The translations under genes were made by a program, and so were the position numbers. DNA of 64,000 nt. Origin: Kiritimatiellia bacterium (lineage in GTDB: Bacteria; Verrucomicrobiota; Kiritimatiellia; JAKQHR01). The first letter of the stretch is position 1. Each line of letters opens with the position of its first letter. Where the stretch lies: contig JBFXGK010000014.1 of assembly GCA_050178035.1 (NCBI GenBank), positions 8,649 through 72,648 of the forward strand. The letters are read 5' to 3'. Below are positions 1 through 9,808 of this stretch, piece after piece. The notes beneath the pieces were generated by a model. That model searched no databases, was not told where the DNA came from, and saw only the letters and a list, made by a program, of their open reading frames with translations.

Positions 1-3000
1 GTCTTTGTGGATGACATTGTCCTGCTTGATGCCGGCCAGACCAACCACGCTCCGCTTGCCGACTTCGAGACCCCACTGACTGACTACTGGGATTTCAAGG
101 GTAATCACAGTGCATCGACACAGGAATTCCTCAGCGCGGAAAACAGCAATGGGGTTCTGCACGTGGTTTCGACCGGACCGGGAACAAGCTACTGGAGCGG
201 TGTCGTGATGGAAATGATTCCCAACTTTGTGACGAATATCGATACTCTTGTGGCCCTCTCCTTCCGCGCGCGGCAGATCAGCCGGGAAGTTCCCCAATGG
301 AACTGGATCGCCGTCGGCACGCCGCCGCCGGAACCGGTGATCAATGAAATCATGTTTCACTCTGCCGCCACCAATGAAGATGATTACGAGTACATTGAAC
401 TCTTCAATCCCGGGCCGGACATGGATCTTTCAGGGGCACGCCTCAGCGGCGCGGGATTCACATTCCCGGACGGAACGATGCTCGCATCCAACGCCTTTCT
501 CGTGGCCTGCAAATCCACTGCCGCCATGACCGCGGAATACGGTGTCACAAACGCACTTGGAACTCTCGGAGGAAGCCTGCAGAACAGCGGCGAGGAAATC
601 CGGCTTGAAAACAGCTACGGACGCGTCATGGATGCCGTGGAATACAATGACAAGCGGCCCTGGCCCGAGGCGGCCGACGGCTATGGCCCGTCGCTGGAAC
701 GCCGCAGCCATCTCCTGCCCGCCTCCAACGCGGCCAGCTGGGCAGCCTCCGCCGTTTCCACCAACTGGCAGGCCGTCAGCTGGACCGGGCAAATAGCATC
801 CGCCAACACCGGCCTGAAATTCTTCCTCGATTTTGACGGCAAGGTCTGGCTGGACCAAATTTCCGTCAAGCCGGCCGCGGGCGGGGGAGAAATGCTGGCC
901 AACGGGAATTTCGAAACGGGTATGACCGGTTGGAGCGCAACCGGAAACCACTGGCGCTCAAGGACCGAAGCCTCTGCCGGCGTCACGGGCAGCACGGCCC
1001 TGGCCGTGGCCGGAACCTTCTCGCGCTTTGTCTTCCCGGGCCAGACTCCCGATCTGGTCGTCAACCACGGTGACCCGGCCAGCAACCGGATCACATCTGT
1101 CTCGCTCCCGACCACAAACAGTCACAGTTATGTGATATCCCTTCAGGTTCGGCGCAGCGGTGTTGCGGGCACCCTGTTCTGTGTTGCGGGGAGCACCACC
1201 AACAGCGTTCAGCTCGGTCTTAACGGCACACCCGGCGCCACCAACTCCGTTCAGCAGACTTTGCCTGCTCCGCAAATTGAGGACGTTGACAAACTGTATG
1301 ACATCGTTGATCTCTCGCAGACCAATGTCATCAAGGCAGAAATATCATCCGGCGGAATTGGTTCCGTTAACCTGAAATATCGCGTCTTTACCACCAACGG
1401 CTACCAGTTCACAGACCACCTGTATTCCTCGACACAAATGCTTGATAATGGAGTTGCCCCCGACCTTGCGGCGGGGGACGGAATTTTCTCGGTGGCTTTC
1501 CCGCCGGTCACCACACGCTGGTCGATTGTCCGTTATCACATCGTTGCGGCGGGAACCAACGGAACTGTGTCACGCATCCCGCGCGAAGATGATCCTCAGT
1601 GCGACTATGCCTTCTGGGTCAATGGCCATAATCCGCAAACGGTGCTGCCCAACTGGCACCTGTATGTTGACGGCAACCCCATCCTGTATCCCGTATCCGC
1701 GCACGGCTGCGCGGTGAGTCCGGACGGGCAGATATTCCTGGACACGGAAATCCGCCACCGCGGGGGGCCCACGGTTTCGGACCGGCGCGGCATCGCCATG
1801 AGGACACACCGCGCTCACACCTACGATGCATGGTTCGCTAACAACCAGGGCGGCATCAATTTCCGGCACCGGCAGAACAACAGCCAGTTCTACTACCGGC
1901 GCGTGGTGAATGAACCCATCGCCTACGACCTGCAGCGCGCCATCGGCCTGCCCGCTCCGCGGCTTCGGCATGTTGCCGTGTGGATTGACGGCGCCCCCAC
2001 CATCACCACCGAACTGGAAGATCCGGACGAGTCCTATGTGACGGATCACGGCATCCCGCTTGAAGATCTGGTGACCCGCTCCGGAAACGCGGGGCGGCGC
2101 ATCATTGCCGGGGATGAAACGCTCGACAACCTCTGGAGCGTGGTCAATACGCTGGATGCCGCCAATCCCGCTGATATCCCTTCGCTGGTTGAAACGCATC
2201 TGGACTACGAGTCCATCCGCTATGCGCTGGGACTGCTGGCGGCCGTCGGCAACATTGACCAGAACGTTTCCTGGAACATGTTCCAGCACCGTTCGGCCAG
2301 CGACGGGAAATGGAAGCTGTATCCCTGGGACACGGATTACAGCTTCGCCATTGACGACACCTTCAGCCCCGCCCCGACCAACATGCACCCCTACTACGCC
2401 ACTCCTCTGCATTGGAGCGACATCACCGACAACACCAACGGCACGCAGTTCACGCGCGCGCTGTTCTATCCGGAGAGCGGAACCGGCGAGGAGTTCACCC
2501 TGCCCCACCGTCACCGCCAGCAGATGACGCTGTGGCGCTATTCCCATACGCTGCTCACCACCAATTATCTCCATCCGCGACTGAATGCCCTGCAGGCGCA
2601 ACTGCTGCCGGCCTATGTGCAGCTGGGAATAAACACAAACTATCTGACGGATCAGGTTCTGCTGGTTAAGATATTCATCTCCTCCCGCCGGAATTTCCTG
2701 ATGAACCGGACATGGTCGGACAAGGACACCAACATTTGGAGCGGGCTTCCGTCCTATGACCCGGGCACCGTCGTCATCAACGAGATTATGCCCGATCCGG
2801 CCAGCGGAGGGGAATATCTGGAACTGTATAACCGGGCATCCTATCCCGTGGACCTGAGCTGGTGGAAACTGCAGATCGGAGATGAAGAATACCGCATGCC
2901 CCACGGCGCAACACTCGGAGCAACATCTTACGTTGTGATCGCAGATACACAGTCATGGCTCACCAATGCCTACCAGGAAATCTCCGATCCAGCCCAAATG

Positions 3001-3747
3001 GTTCTGCGCCATGCCGGAGGGAAAGTCTGGGATTGGCCGATCGTATGGACATCCGCCGTGGAGCATTCCGCGCGCGTCATCGAAGTTCCCTCCATCACCC
3101 TGCCCAATTCCGGCGCGGACATTTCGCTGATGGATGTCTGCAGCAACCTGATTGACAGCCTCACCTACACCAATGCCGCACCGTGGCCGTACACAGCGGG
3201 CATTTCCATGGAACTGCTGGAGGACACACTGGACAACTCGCTGGCCACCAACTGGCGCGCAAGTTTTGTGGTCGGCACTCCGGGCTGGAAGAACAGCTCG
3301 ACCGCGGACTCCGACGAGGACGGCATGAATGACGAGTTCGAGTGGCAGATCATCAGCGCTTCCGGCGGAGCTTTCAGCAATATTCTCGATGTGGCTGCGG
3401 CCGATGATTTTGATGGAGACGAGATCCCGAACTACCATGAATTCGTCCACGGAACAGATCCGACAACCGATGACGCCTTCGATGCGCTGGTGGAGATTTC
3501 CGCGACCGGCAGCGCCATCACAGTCTCCATGCAAACCCGCGCACCCGCCGGTGCTGCGTATCAGCTTTACAGCCGGCGCGACTACACGCTGGAGCAAACG
3601 CCGCAGCTGACCAATTCGTGGAACTGGATCACCAATTACTGGCAGATAACGGGTAATGGACAGGAAATAGTCTTTACCAATGCATTGCCTGACAACGAGG
3701 GATTCTACCGCAGCCTGATCCAGCTCGTGCCGCTGCGCCAGCCCTGA
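1..3747 (+). CDS. Secreted CotH-family (spore-coat-H-like kinase) protein flanked by two lamin-tail domains (LTD). 5'-truncated by the window edge. C-terminal FN3-like tail ending GFYRSLIQLVPLRQP.
   Basis: 1246-aa ORF, open to position 1. LTD motifs are INEIMFHSA...YEYIELFNPG and VVINEIMPDP...EYLELYN. The central region (HRAHTYDAWFANNQGGINFRHRQNNSQFYYRR...) looks like a CotH kinase domain. Confidence 0.7.
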   Translation, partial: VFVDDIVLLDAGQTNHAPLADFETPLTDYWDFKGNHSASTQEFLSAENSNGVLHVVSTGPGTSYWSGVVMEMIPNFVTNIDTLVALSFRARQISREVPQWNWIAVGTPPPEPVINEIMFHSAATNEDDYEYIELFNPGPDMDLSGARLSGAGFTFPDGTMLASNAFLVACKSTAAMTAEYGVTNALGTLGGSLQNSGEEIRLENSYGRVMDAVEYNDKRPWPEAADGYGPSLERRSHLLPASNAASWAASAVSTNWQAVSWTGQIASANTGLKFFLDFDGKVWLDQISVKPAAGGGEMLANGNFETGMTGWSATGNHWRSRTEASAGVTGSTALAVAGTFSRFVFPGQTPDLVVNHGDPASNRITSVSLPTTNSHSYVISLQVRRSGVAGTLFCVAGSTTNSVQLGLNGTPGATNSVQQTLPAPQIEDVDKLYDIVDLSQTNVIKAEISSGGIGSVNLKYRVFTTNGYQFTDHLYSSTQMLDNGVAPDLAAGDGIFSVAFPPVTTRWSIVRYHIVAAGTNGTVSRIPREDDPQCDYAFWVNGHNPQTVLPNWHLYVDGNPILYPVSAHGCAVSPDGQIFLDTEIRHRGGPTVSDRRGIAMRTHRAHTYDAWFANNQGGINFRHRQNNSQFYYRRVVNEPIAYDLQRAIGLPAPRLRHVAVWIDGAPTITTELEDPDESYVTDHGIPLEDLVTRSGNAGRRIIAGDETLDNLWSVVNTLDAANPADIPSLVETHLDYESIRYALGLLAAVGNIDQNVSWNMFQHRSASDGKWKLYPWDTDYSFAIDDTFSPAPTNMHPYYATPLHWSDITDNTNGTQFTRALFYPESGTGEEFTLPHRHRQQMTLWRYSHTLLTTNYLHPRLNALQAQLLPAYVQLGINTNYLTDQVLLVKIFISSRRNFLMNRTWSDKDTNIWSGLPSYDPGTVVINEIMPDPASGGEYLELYNRASYPVDLSWWKLQIGDEEYRMPHGATLGATSYVVIADTQSWLTNAYQEISDPAQMVLRHAGGKVWDWPIVWTSAVEHSARVIEVPSITLPNSGADISLMDVCSNLIDSLTYTNAAPWPYTAGISMELLEDTLDNSLATNWRASFVVGTPGWKNSSTADSDEDGMNDEFEWQIISASGGAFSNILDVAAADDFDGDEIPNYHEFVHGTDPTTDDAFDALVEISATGSAITVSMQTRAPAGAAYQLYSRRDYTLEQTPQLTNSWNWITNYWQITGNGQEIVFTNALPDNEGFYRSLIQLVPLRQP

Positions 3748-3861
3748 TCGGAGCGTTTGTCCTCGGAACAATGGAGGGTCGCGCTCCGTCGCGACCGTCT
3801 TAGAGGACTTGCCATCCAGCATGCAGGGAGTAAAATACAAGCAGAGAGGAGGATTGCGGAC

Positions 3862-4269
3862 ATGCGCGAATTCATACGGCATCCGACGGACATGCCGATC
3901 ACCTACCGGATGGTGGATGTGGTATCCGACAAGCAGGAGTATCTGCGCAACATAAGCCACGGCGGGCTCTGCTTCCGGTCCAGCCGCGAACTGCCCATCG
4001 GATCAAAAATCTTCATCCAGATTCCGCTCACCAAACCTGTATTCTCCGCGATCGGCACTGTGACATGGACCGCGCGCGCCGAAGACCATTTTGAAATCGG
4101 CGTGGAGTTCGACAATCCCGGGACGGAGTTTTCCCTGCGCATGGTCGAGCAGATCTGCTACATCGAAGACTACAAAAAGCATGTCTTTGAAAAAACCGGC
4201 CGCCAGCTCAATGGCGAGGAGGCCGCGCTGGAATGGATCTCCAAATACGCGGCCAGCTTCCCAACGTGA
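3862..4269 (+). CDS. PilZ-domain protein (c-di-GMP-binding type). ATG at 3862 preferred over the ORF start at 3757.
   Basis: REFIRHP ... NISHGGLCF resembles the PilZ RxxxR / D-x-S-x-G-G motifs. A GAGAGGAGG RBS sits 7 nt upstream of the ATG at 3862. Confidence 0.5.
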   Translation: MREFIRHPTDMPITYRMVDVVSDKQEYLRNISHGGLCFRSSRELPIGSKIFIQIPLTKPVFSAIGTVTWTARAEDHFEIGVEFDNPGTEFSLRMVEQICYIEDYKKHVFEKTGRQLNGEEAALEWISKYAASFPT

Positions 4270-4321
4270 ATGCAGCGCCTGCTTCCTTGTTCGCGTGGTT
4301 TCGTGTCCATTTGCGGTTCCC

Positions 4322-4436
4322 ATTGAAATTTTGCAAAATTCGTCAAATTATGGCCAATTTTGGCGGTTTTTGAGCATTTTGGGCCGTTTTTTGGCCTTTT
4401 TTGAGCATTTTTGACCATTTTTTGCGCATATTTTGC
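4322..4436 (+). repeat. Phased T-tract repeat block, curved-DNA-like (family copy 1). Built from TTTTTGGCCR / TTTTTGAGCA units.
   Basis: T4-6 tracts start at about 4357, 4366, 4376, 4386, 4396, 4407 and 4417, a period of about 10 bp. Homologous blocks occur at five other loci. Confidence 0.8.
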
Positions 4437-4498
4437 AGGTCGACAGGAATCCGCCAAAACCGTATAAATCAGGTTTTTCCAGTAAAGAGAGGCAGTTT

Positions 4499-5761
4499 AT
4501 GGCTTTTGATAAAATTAAGGTTCCGAAAACAGGCGAAAAGATCACGATGGGCCGCGACGGCAAACTGGTCGTTCCGGATTTCCCCATCCTTCCGTTTATC
4601 GAAGGCGACGGCATCGGCCCGGACATCACCCGCGCCGCGATGATCGCCTGGAACGCCGCCGTTGAAAAAGCCTACAAGGGCGAACGCCGCATTTCGTGGA
4701 TGGAAGTCTATGCCGGCGAAAAATCCGTCAGCGTCTACGGCGACGGGGTCTGGCTTCCCGATGAAACTATTGCCGCCATCCGCGAATATCTCGTGGCCAT
4801 CAAAGGCCCGCTCACCACGCCCGTCGGCGGCGGCATCCGCAGCCTGAACGTCGCCCTGCGGCAGCTTCTCGATCTCTATGTCTGCCTCCGCCCCGTGCGC
4901 TGGTTCGCAGGCGTCCCCTCGCCCGTCCGCCAGCCCGAGCTGACCGACATGGTGATTTTCCGTGAGAATTCCGAAGATATTTATGCGGGCATCGAATGGG
5001 CCGCAGGCACACCCGAATGCAAAAAGGTGATCGAATTCCTGCAGAAGGAAATGGGCGTCAAAAAAATCCGCTTTCCGAACTCCTCCGGCATCGGCATCAA
5101 GCCTGTCTCCGAGGAAGGCACGCGCAGGCTGGTGAAAGCGGCCATCGAGTACGCCATTGACAACAGCAGGCCCTCCGTAACGCTTGTCCACAAGGGCAAT
5201 ATCATGAAGTTCACCGAAGGCGGCTTCCGCGACTGGGGCTACAAGACCGCGAAGGAACTTTTCGGCGCGACGCCGCTTGATGGCGGGCCGTGGCATAAAC
5301 TTAAAAGCCCCAAGAGCGGCAAGGATATCATCATCAAGGATGTCATTGCCGACGCGATGCTCCAGCAGATTTTGACGCGCCCGGCGGACTACGATGTGAT
5401 CGCCACGCTGAACCTCAACGGCGATTATCTCTCCGACGCCCTCGCCGCCTGCGTGGGCGGAATCGGCATCGCGCCCGGGGCCAACATCAACTACGACACC
5501 GGCCATGCGGTCTTCGAGGCCACCCACGGCACCGCACCCAAGTACGCGGGCAAGGATCAGGTGAATCCCGGCTCGCTGATTCTGTCCGGCGAGATGATGC
5601 TCCGCTACATGGGCTGGACCGAGGCCGCCGACCTGATTCTGGATTCCATGAGCAAGACCATCTCGCAGAAGCGCGTGACTTATGACTTCCACCGCCTGAT
5701 GGAAAATGCGACGCTCCTGAAATGCAGCGAGTTCGGACAGGCCCTGGCGGAGAACATGTGA
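4499..5761 (+). CDS. icd: NADP-dependent isocitrate dehydrogenase.
   Basis: Dimeric IDH signatures are conserved across the full length ([36 protein letters not shown]). An RBS precedes the ATG at 4499. Confidence 0.9.
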   Translation: MAFDKIKVPKTGEKITMGRDGKLVVPDFPILPFIEGDGIGPDITRAAMIAWNAAVEKAYKGERRISWMEVYAGEKSVSVYGDGVWLPDETIAAIREYLVAIKGPLTTPVGGGIRSLNVALRQLLDLYVCLRPVRWFAGVPSPVRQPELTDMVIFRENSEDIYAGIEWAAGTPECKKVIEFLQKEMGVKKIRFPNSSGIGIKPVSEEGTRRLVKAAIEYAIDNSRPSVTLVHKGNIMKFTEGGFRDWGYKTAKELFGATPLDGGPWHKLKSPKSGKDIIIKDVIADAMLQQILTRPADYDVIATLNLNGDYLSDALAACVGGIGIAPGANINYDTGHAVFEATHGTAPKYAGKDQVNPGSLILSGEMMLRYMGWTEAADLILDSMSKTISQKRVTYDFHRLMENATLLKCSEFGQALAENM

Positions 5762-5771
5762 TGAGGTCAAT

Positions 5772-6266
5772 GTGAACCTGGCATCGTCCAAAATACTTTC
5801 GCGCGACGAGATGAAAAAGGAACGCGCGCGCCTGAAGGCCGCCGGCAAGAAGGTCTCCTTCACCAACGGATGCTTTGACATCATTCATGCGGGCCATGTG
5901 GACTATCTCCAGTGGGCCCGCAACCAGGCCGATGCCCTCATTGTCGGACTCAATTCCGATGCATCCGTCCGCCGCAACAAAGGCGAAAAGCGGCCCATCG
6001 TGAGCGAGGGCGACCGCGCCTATGTGCTGGCCGCGCTGGCCTGCGTGGATTACGTGGTGCTCTTCGACGAGGACGAACCCGCGCAGCTCATCGCCGAGAT
6101 TGTTCCCGACGTGCTGGTGAAGGGCGAAGACTGGGCGCATTACGTGAGCGGGCGCGAAACGGTCGAAGCCGCCGGCGGACGCGTCGCGCTGGCTCCGCTG
6201 GTGGAAGGACGCTCGACCACGAACCTGATCAGCAAGATTGTTGATGTGTACGGAGGCACGGACTGA
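5772..6266 (+). CDS. D-glycero-beta-D-manno-heptose-1-phosphate adenylyltransferase (RfaE/HldE domain II, stand-alone).
   Basis: Cytidylyltransferase fold motif FTNGCFDIIHAGHVDYL. Only 164 aa, so adenylyltransferase domain only. Confidence 0.8.
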   Translation: MNLASSKILSRDEMKKERARLKAAGKKVSFTNGCFDIIHAGHVDYLQWARNQADALIVGLNSDASVRRNKGEKRPIVSEGDRAYVLAALACVDYVVLFDEDEPAQLIAEIVPDVLVKGEDWAHYVSGRETVEAAGGRVALAPLVEGRSTTNLISKIVDVYGGTD

Positions 6267-6267
6267 C

Positions 6268-7224
6268 ATGGCTAAAATCATTGTAACCGGCGGAGCGGGA
6301 TTCATCGGAAGCAACCTCGTCGCGGAGCTCAACGCGCGCGGCGAAAAGGATATCCTGATTGTTGACCATCTGGGGACCGCTGAAAAATGGAAAAACCTGC
6401 GCGGCCTGCAGTTCGAGGGTTTTCAGGAGAAGAAAGAATTCCGCGAAAACTTCCTGAACGACCTGGTCGAGCCGGCCGAAACCGTTTTCCATCTCGGCGC
6501 GTGCAGCGCGACCACGGAAACCGATGCGGATTACCTGATGGACAACAACTACCGCTACACGCGCGACCTCTGCGAGTGGAGTCTTTCGAATGAAAGCCGC
6601 TTCATCTATGCCTCGAGCGCGGCCACCTACGGCAACGGCGAGCAGGGCTATTCGGATGACGACGCGGTCACGCCCAAACTGACCCCGATGAACATGTACG
6701 GTTTCTCCAAACACCTTTTTGACCTGTGGGCGATGGAGCATGAACTGTTCAACGAAATCGTCGGACTGAAATATTTCAACGTCTACGGCCCAAACGAATA
6801 TCACAAGGGCGACATGCGCTCGGTGGTGCACAAAGCCTTCTGCCAGATCCGCGACACGGGCAGTGTCTCTCTTTTTAAATCCTACCGGCCGGATTACGCC
6901 GACGGCGAGCAGGTTCGCGATTTCATCTATGTGAAAGATGCGGTCGCCGTCACCCTGTTCTTCATGGAAAATCCGGAGACCGAAGGACTGTTCAACTGCG
7001 GCACCGGCAAGGCGCGTTCATGGAACGATCTGGCGAAATCGGTCTTTGCGGCCATGAACAAAAAGCCGAACATCAAATACATCGAAATGCCGGAGCACCT
7101 GAAGGGCCAGTACCAGTATCACACCGAAGCCGTCATGCATAAACTCAAAGCCGCAGGCTACTCCAAACCCTTCCACACGCTCGAAGACGGGGTGCGGGAT
7201 TACGTCCAGAATCAACTGACATGA
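6268..7224 (+). CDS. hldD: ADP-L-glycero-D-manno-heptose 6-epimerase.
   Basis: N-terminal Rossmann fold MAKIIVTGGAGFIGSNL. SDR epimerase with the length and motifs typical of RfaD. Its start overlaps the stop of the upstream gene. Confidence 0.85.
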   Translation: MAKIIVTGGAGFIGSNLVAELNARGEKDILIVDHLGTAEKWKNLRGLQFEGFQEKKEFRENFLNDLVEPAETVFHLGACSATTETDADYLMDNNYRYTRDLCEWSLSNESRFIYASSAATYGNGEQGYSDDDAVTPKLTPMNMYGFSKHLFDLWAMEHELFNEIVGLKYFNVYGPNEYHKGDMRSVVHKAFCQIRDTGSVSLFKSYRPDYADGEQVRDFIYVKDAVAVTLFFMENPETEGLFNCGTGKARSWNDLAKSVFAAMNKKPNIKYIEMPEHLKGQYQYHTEAVMHKLKAAGYSKPFHTLEDGVRDYVQNQLT

Positions 7225-7407
7225 GCTCGCTGGCCCGAGATGCTACAATGTATGGCCCCTTTCCAGCACGGAGTTGATGCGGCGTTATTTTATATTTTAA
7301 TGGGTACCCCCACTTCCAGACACGCATAAGCCCATCTATGCTCAAGGTGCCAGCTTGAATCCCATGTTCAGGTCACTTTCCTGACGCACACCCCAATCTC
7401 CATTCAT

Positions 7408-9558
7408 CTATTCTTGCTGCTCGACCACGCGATAGAAAAGTATTATATCTTCACGTATTGGTTCAGATATCGAGTGGATGATGTTGGTAGCAAGTATATC
7501 AGAATAAATGTTTGTCCAATTAGAGGGGTTGAGTGATGTGGCATATTCCACATCATAAGTTTCTCCCGTAAAGGCGACCCATTCAAGCCTCAAGTCCGCT
7601 TCAGTCCGTATTAGGTCTATTGCCGGACGATCCATAAGTAGATGAACTGATTTCTTCGTATTCGTAAAAACAATGGGGTTGGCATAATATTCTGCTGTTG
7701 TTTCATCGAGGTCTACAGCACCATTCCCGTTTGCATCTAAAAAAGCAAATAGATAATAATTCTGATCACTTGTAAGATTTTGAAAGTTAAATGAGCCGGG
7801 GCCGGGAAGCACCACAACATTTGGATTTGGCCCCCAGCTCAATGCAACCATGTTAGGCGATTGAACTGGATAGGAAATCCGAGACAGTTCTCCGCCTGTT
7901 AATACATTTATTGTTTTAAGATATCTGTTGCCCGCATCGTAATCTGATGTAAATACACGCAATACTCCGTTTGGATCAAAATCAAGATCCCACATATCTC
8001 CACAACAACTCGGATTCGATACAAGTGCACTTGCCCCCGTCCATGAAACATTACCCACGGTTTTACTCAAATGATAGAGTCTTCCGGACCACTCATCACT
8101 GCACCAGAGCATCCCGTCCTCATCGATGTCATTGCCCAATATGCTTAACAATCCCGTCTGCTGGCCAGGATTGACATCTCTGGCAGTTAGCGCCACAGTG
8201 TCTATCTTCTTCAGAGTTCCTTGTGCTGTTGCAGTTTCTTCATTCACCGCATAAATAATATCGTTAGTATCAAAAGAAATAGATGTGAATTTCCCACTAA
8301 TTGAATGCCGCATAATAGATGATCCGGTGCTCCGATCAATCGAATATAATTGATTTGATACGCCAGCCACAGAGAGCCATAAATTTGCGTTGCGATCAAT
8401 ATCCATTGTTTTCAACCCGCTATGATTGACACCTATTGGGCCGACAGGATTTACCTCACCATTCACAGGATCAATGGTGACTAGATTTGTTGAGTTTTCG
8501 TCAATACTATACAGAGTCCAGTTTAGAGATGGCAACGAACCATTTGTTGTTAAAACAACCCAACACAATCCGGTAGATGCCCCTCCGTACAAGAACTCCC
8601 CATAAATTGATGCATTTGTAATATCAGGTATTACATTCCACGTGGCCGTTGCTGCGCTTGTAAAGTTTGAATAGTATTTATAGTAGGTTTCGACCCAATA
8701 ATAGTACCGTTGCCCAGTCATCACCGAACCGTCGTTATAAGAGAACATTCCTTTAACCCTCCAGGTTAATGATGTAGCAGTCGGTAAATTGCTTACAGTG
8801 TTTCTAAACACACGATAATATAAACCGGTAAATCCATTCCATGACAACAAGATGTTTGTTTCCACACCCTCTACGGCCTTAAAATCTGATGCTTTTGGCA
8901 CTGGGGCACGAACCTCCCATTGTGAAGGACTAAATTCACTTGTTCCATATTCAGTGCGCGCCTTAATCCAATACCAATATATTATCGACGGTTGAGCAGT
9001 ATAATCATTGTAGGTTGGTACTGTACATTCTCCAATTTTCACCGCTCCCGCAGGTTCGTTGATGGTACTCCGCCATACATCATATGCAACAAGCGGAACA
9101 CCCCCGCTCAACCAATACCATTCGAGTTCGATATGATCAGAATACGTACTTGAATAAAGATCATGCGGTGGTGCGGGTGTAGAATAATTGGTATTTCCCG
9201 AAGAAACATCGGCAAGAAAATATATGTAATACGCACCAGTATCAGGCGAATATGTCGCCTGTTTAATTTCTTCAGATACAAAAGTAGTGCCGTAATTGTC
9301 TGTAATTCTCAGTTTAAACCAAGCGGTTGCATTCACACCCGGACTTATATCCGGTTCACCTCTATATACACTTCTATCATAATCCTCATACAGCACCCAG
9401 TTGGCATTTACATTTTGATAATATAATTCCCAGTCCACACCAAGAGGAAACGGGTCTGGAATGCAATCAATCGAAATATGCGTGTATGCAAAAGATGATG
9501 ATCCCAGTAAAATATAGAAGAGGATTAACGGGCACCACCTTGCTTGAAACACCTTCAT
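7408..9558 (-). CDS. Large secreted protein (FN3-like repeats plus a beta-propeller-like region) encoded in a low-GC island. C-terminal FN3-like tail ending LFYRVVEQQE.
   Basis: The ORF is visibly AT-rich compared with its flanks. N-terminal hydrophobic signal (MKVFQARWCPLILFYILLGSSSFA). Rich in W and Y. No recognisable enzyme motif. Confidence 0.45.
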   Translation of the reverse strand: MKVFQARWCPLILFYILLGSSSFAYTHISIDCIPDPFPLGVDWELYYQNVNANWVLYEDYDRSVYRGEPDISPGVNATAWFKLRITDNYGTTFVSEEIKQATYSPDTGAYYIYFLADVSSGNTNYSTPAPPHDLYSSTYSDHIELEWYWLSGGVPLVAYDVWRSTINEPAGAVKIGECTVPTYNDYTAQPSIIYWYWIKARTEYGTSEFSPSQWEVRAPVPKASDFKAVEGVETNILLSWNGFTGLYYRVFRNTVSNLPTATSLTWRVKGMFSYNDGSVMTGQRYYYWVETYYKYYSNFTSAATATWNVIPDITNASIYGEFLYGGASTGLCWVVLTTNGSLPSLNWTLYSIDENSTNLVTIDPVNGEVNPVGPIGVNHSGLKTMDIDRNANLWLSVAGVSNQLYSIDRSTGSSIMRHSISGKFTSISFDTNDIIYAVNEETATAQGTLKKIDTVALTARDVNPGQQTGLLSILGNDIDEDGMLWCSDEWSGRLYHLSKTVGNVSWTGASALVSNPSCCGDMWDLDFDPNGVLRVFTSDYDAGNRYLKTINVLTGGELSRISYPVQSPNMVALSWGPNPNVVVLPGPGSFNFQNLTSDQNYYLFAFLDANGNGAVDLDETTAEYYANPIVFTNTKKSVHLLMDRPAIDLIRTEADLRLEWVAFTGETYDVEYATSLNPSNWTNIYSDILATNIIHSISEPIREDIILFYRVVEQQE

Positions 9559-9586
9559 AAGCCACCGATGATTATAATGCACGTGA

Positions 9587-9808
9587 TCATTTTCGCTTAC
9601 TTATTCGTATTGCATATTCATCTGCATTATTTGGATTCACCTTAATTTTTTCAAAAGTGAAATCTGAATTCTTCTTTATGCGTTCTTGCTCCACTTCACG
9701 GGCAAAAGTTTCGGGATCAATACTCATTCCATCTAAAGTTTGCGTGGAAACCACAACACTATCGTTTGCTCCAAGAAGATCCAGTATCGTTGCTTCAAAA
9801 CTCTTCAT
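9587..9808 (-). CDS. Small hypothetical protein, co-oriented with and 5 bp upstream of the island's large secreted protein.
   Basis: 73-aa ORF with the same low-GC composition, sitting tightly upstream of 7408-9558. Confidence 0.35.
   Translation of the reverse strand: MKSFEATILDLLGANDSVVVSTQTLDGMSIDPETFAREVEQERIKKNSDFTFEKIKVNPNNADEYAIRISKRK

Noticed and set aside
1570-2904. Long antisense ORFs opposite real genes: 444 aa at 1570-2904, and likewise 4469-5884, 15890-17458, 21570-22865, 27346-28203, 29245-30120, 31426-33627 and 44979-45713.
   Set aside because: Each is embedded antisense in a gene with strong, full-length homology (CotH, icd, histidine kinase, MATE, GEVED protein, glycogen synthase, deoB/deoA, adhesin). 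Their translations are Arg/Gly/Ala/Pro-rich with no motifs. Long stop-free antisense frames are expected at this GC content.
4170-4457. Minus-strand ORFs across the T-tract repeats encoding Lys-rich KKxPK-type peptides. Also 17892-18083, 17956-18141, 4348-4629 and 62407-62616.
   Set aside because: The 9-bp unit period keeps every frame open. Reading poly-A gives poly-Lys. No start context or conservation is visible beyond the repeat itself. Probably an artefact of the repeat, not peptide genes.
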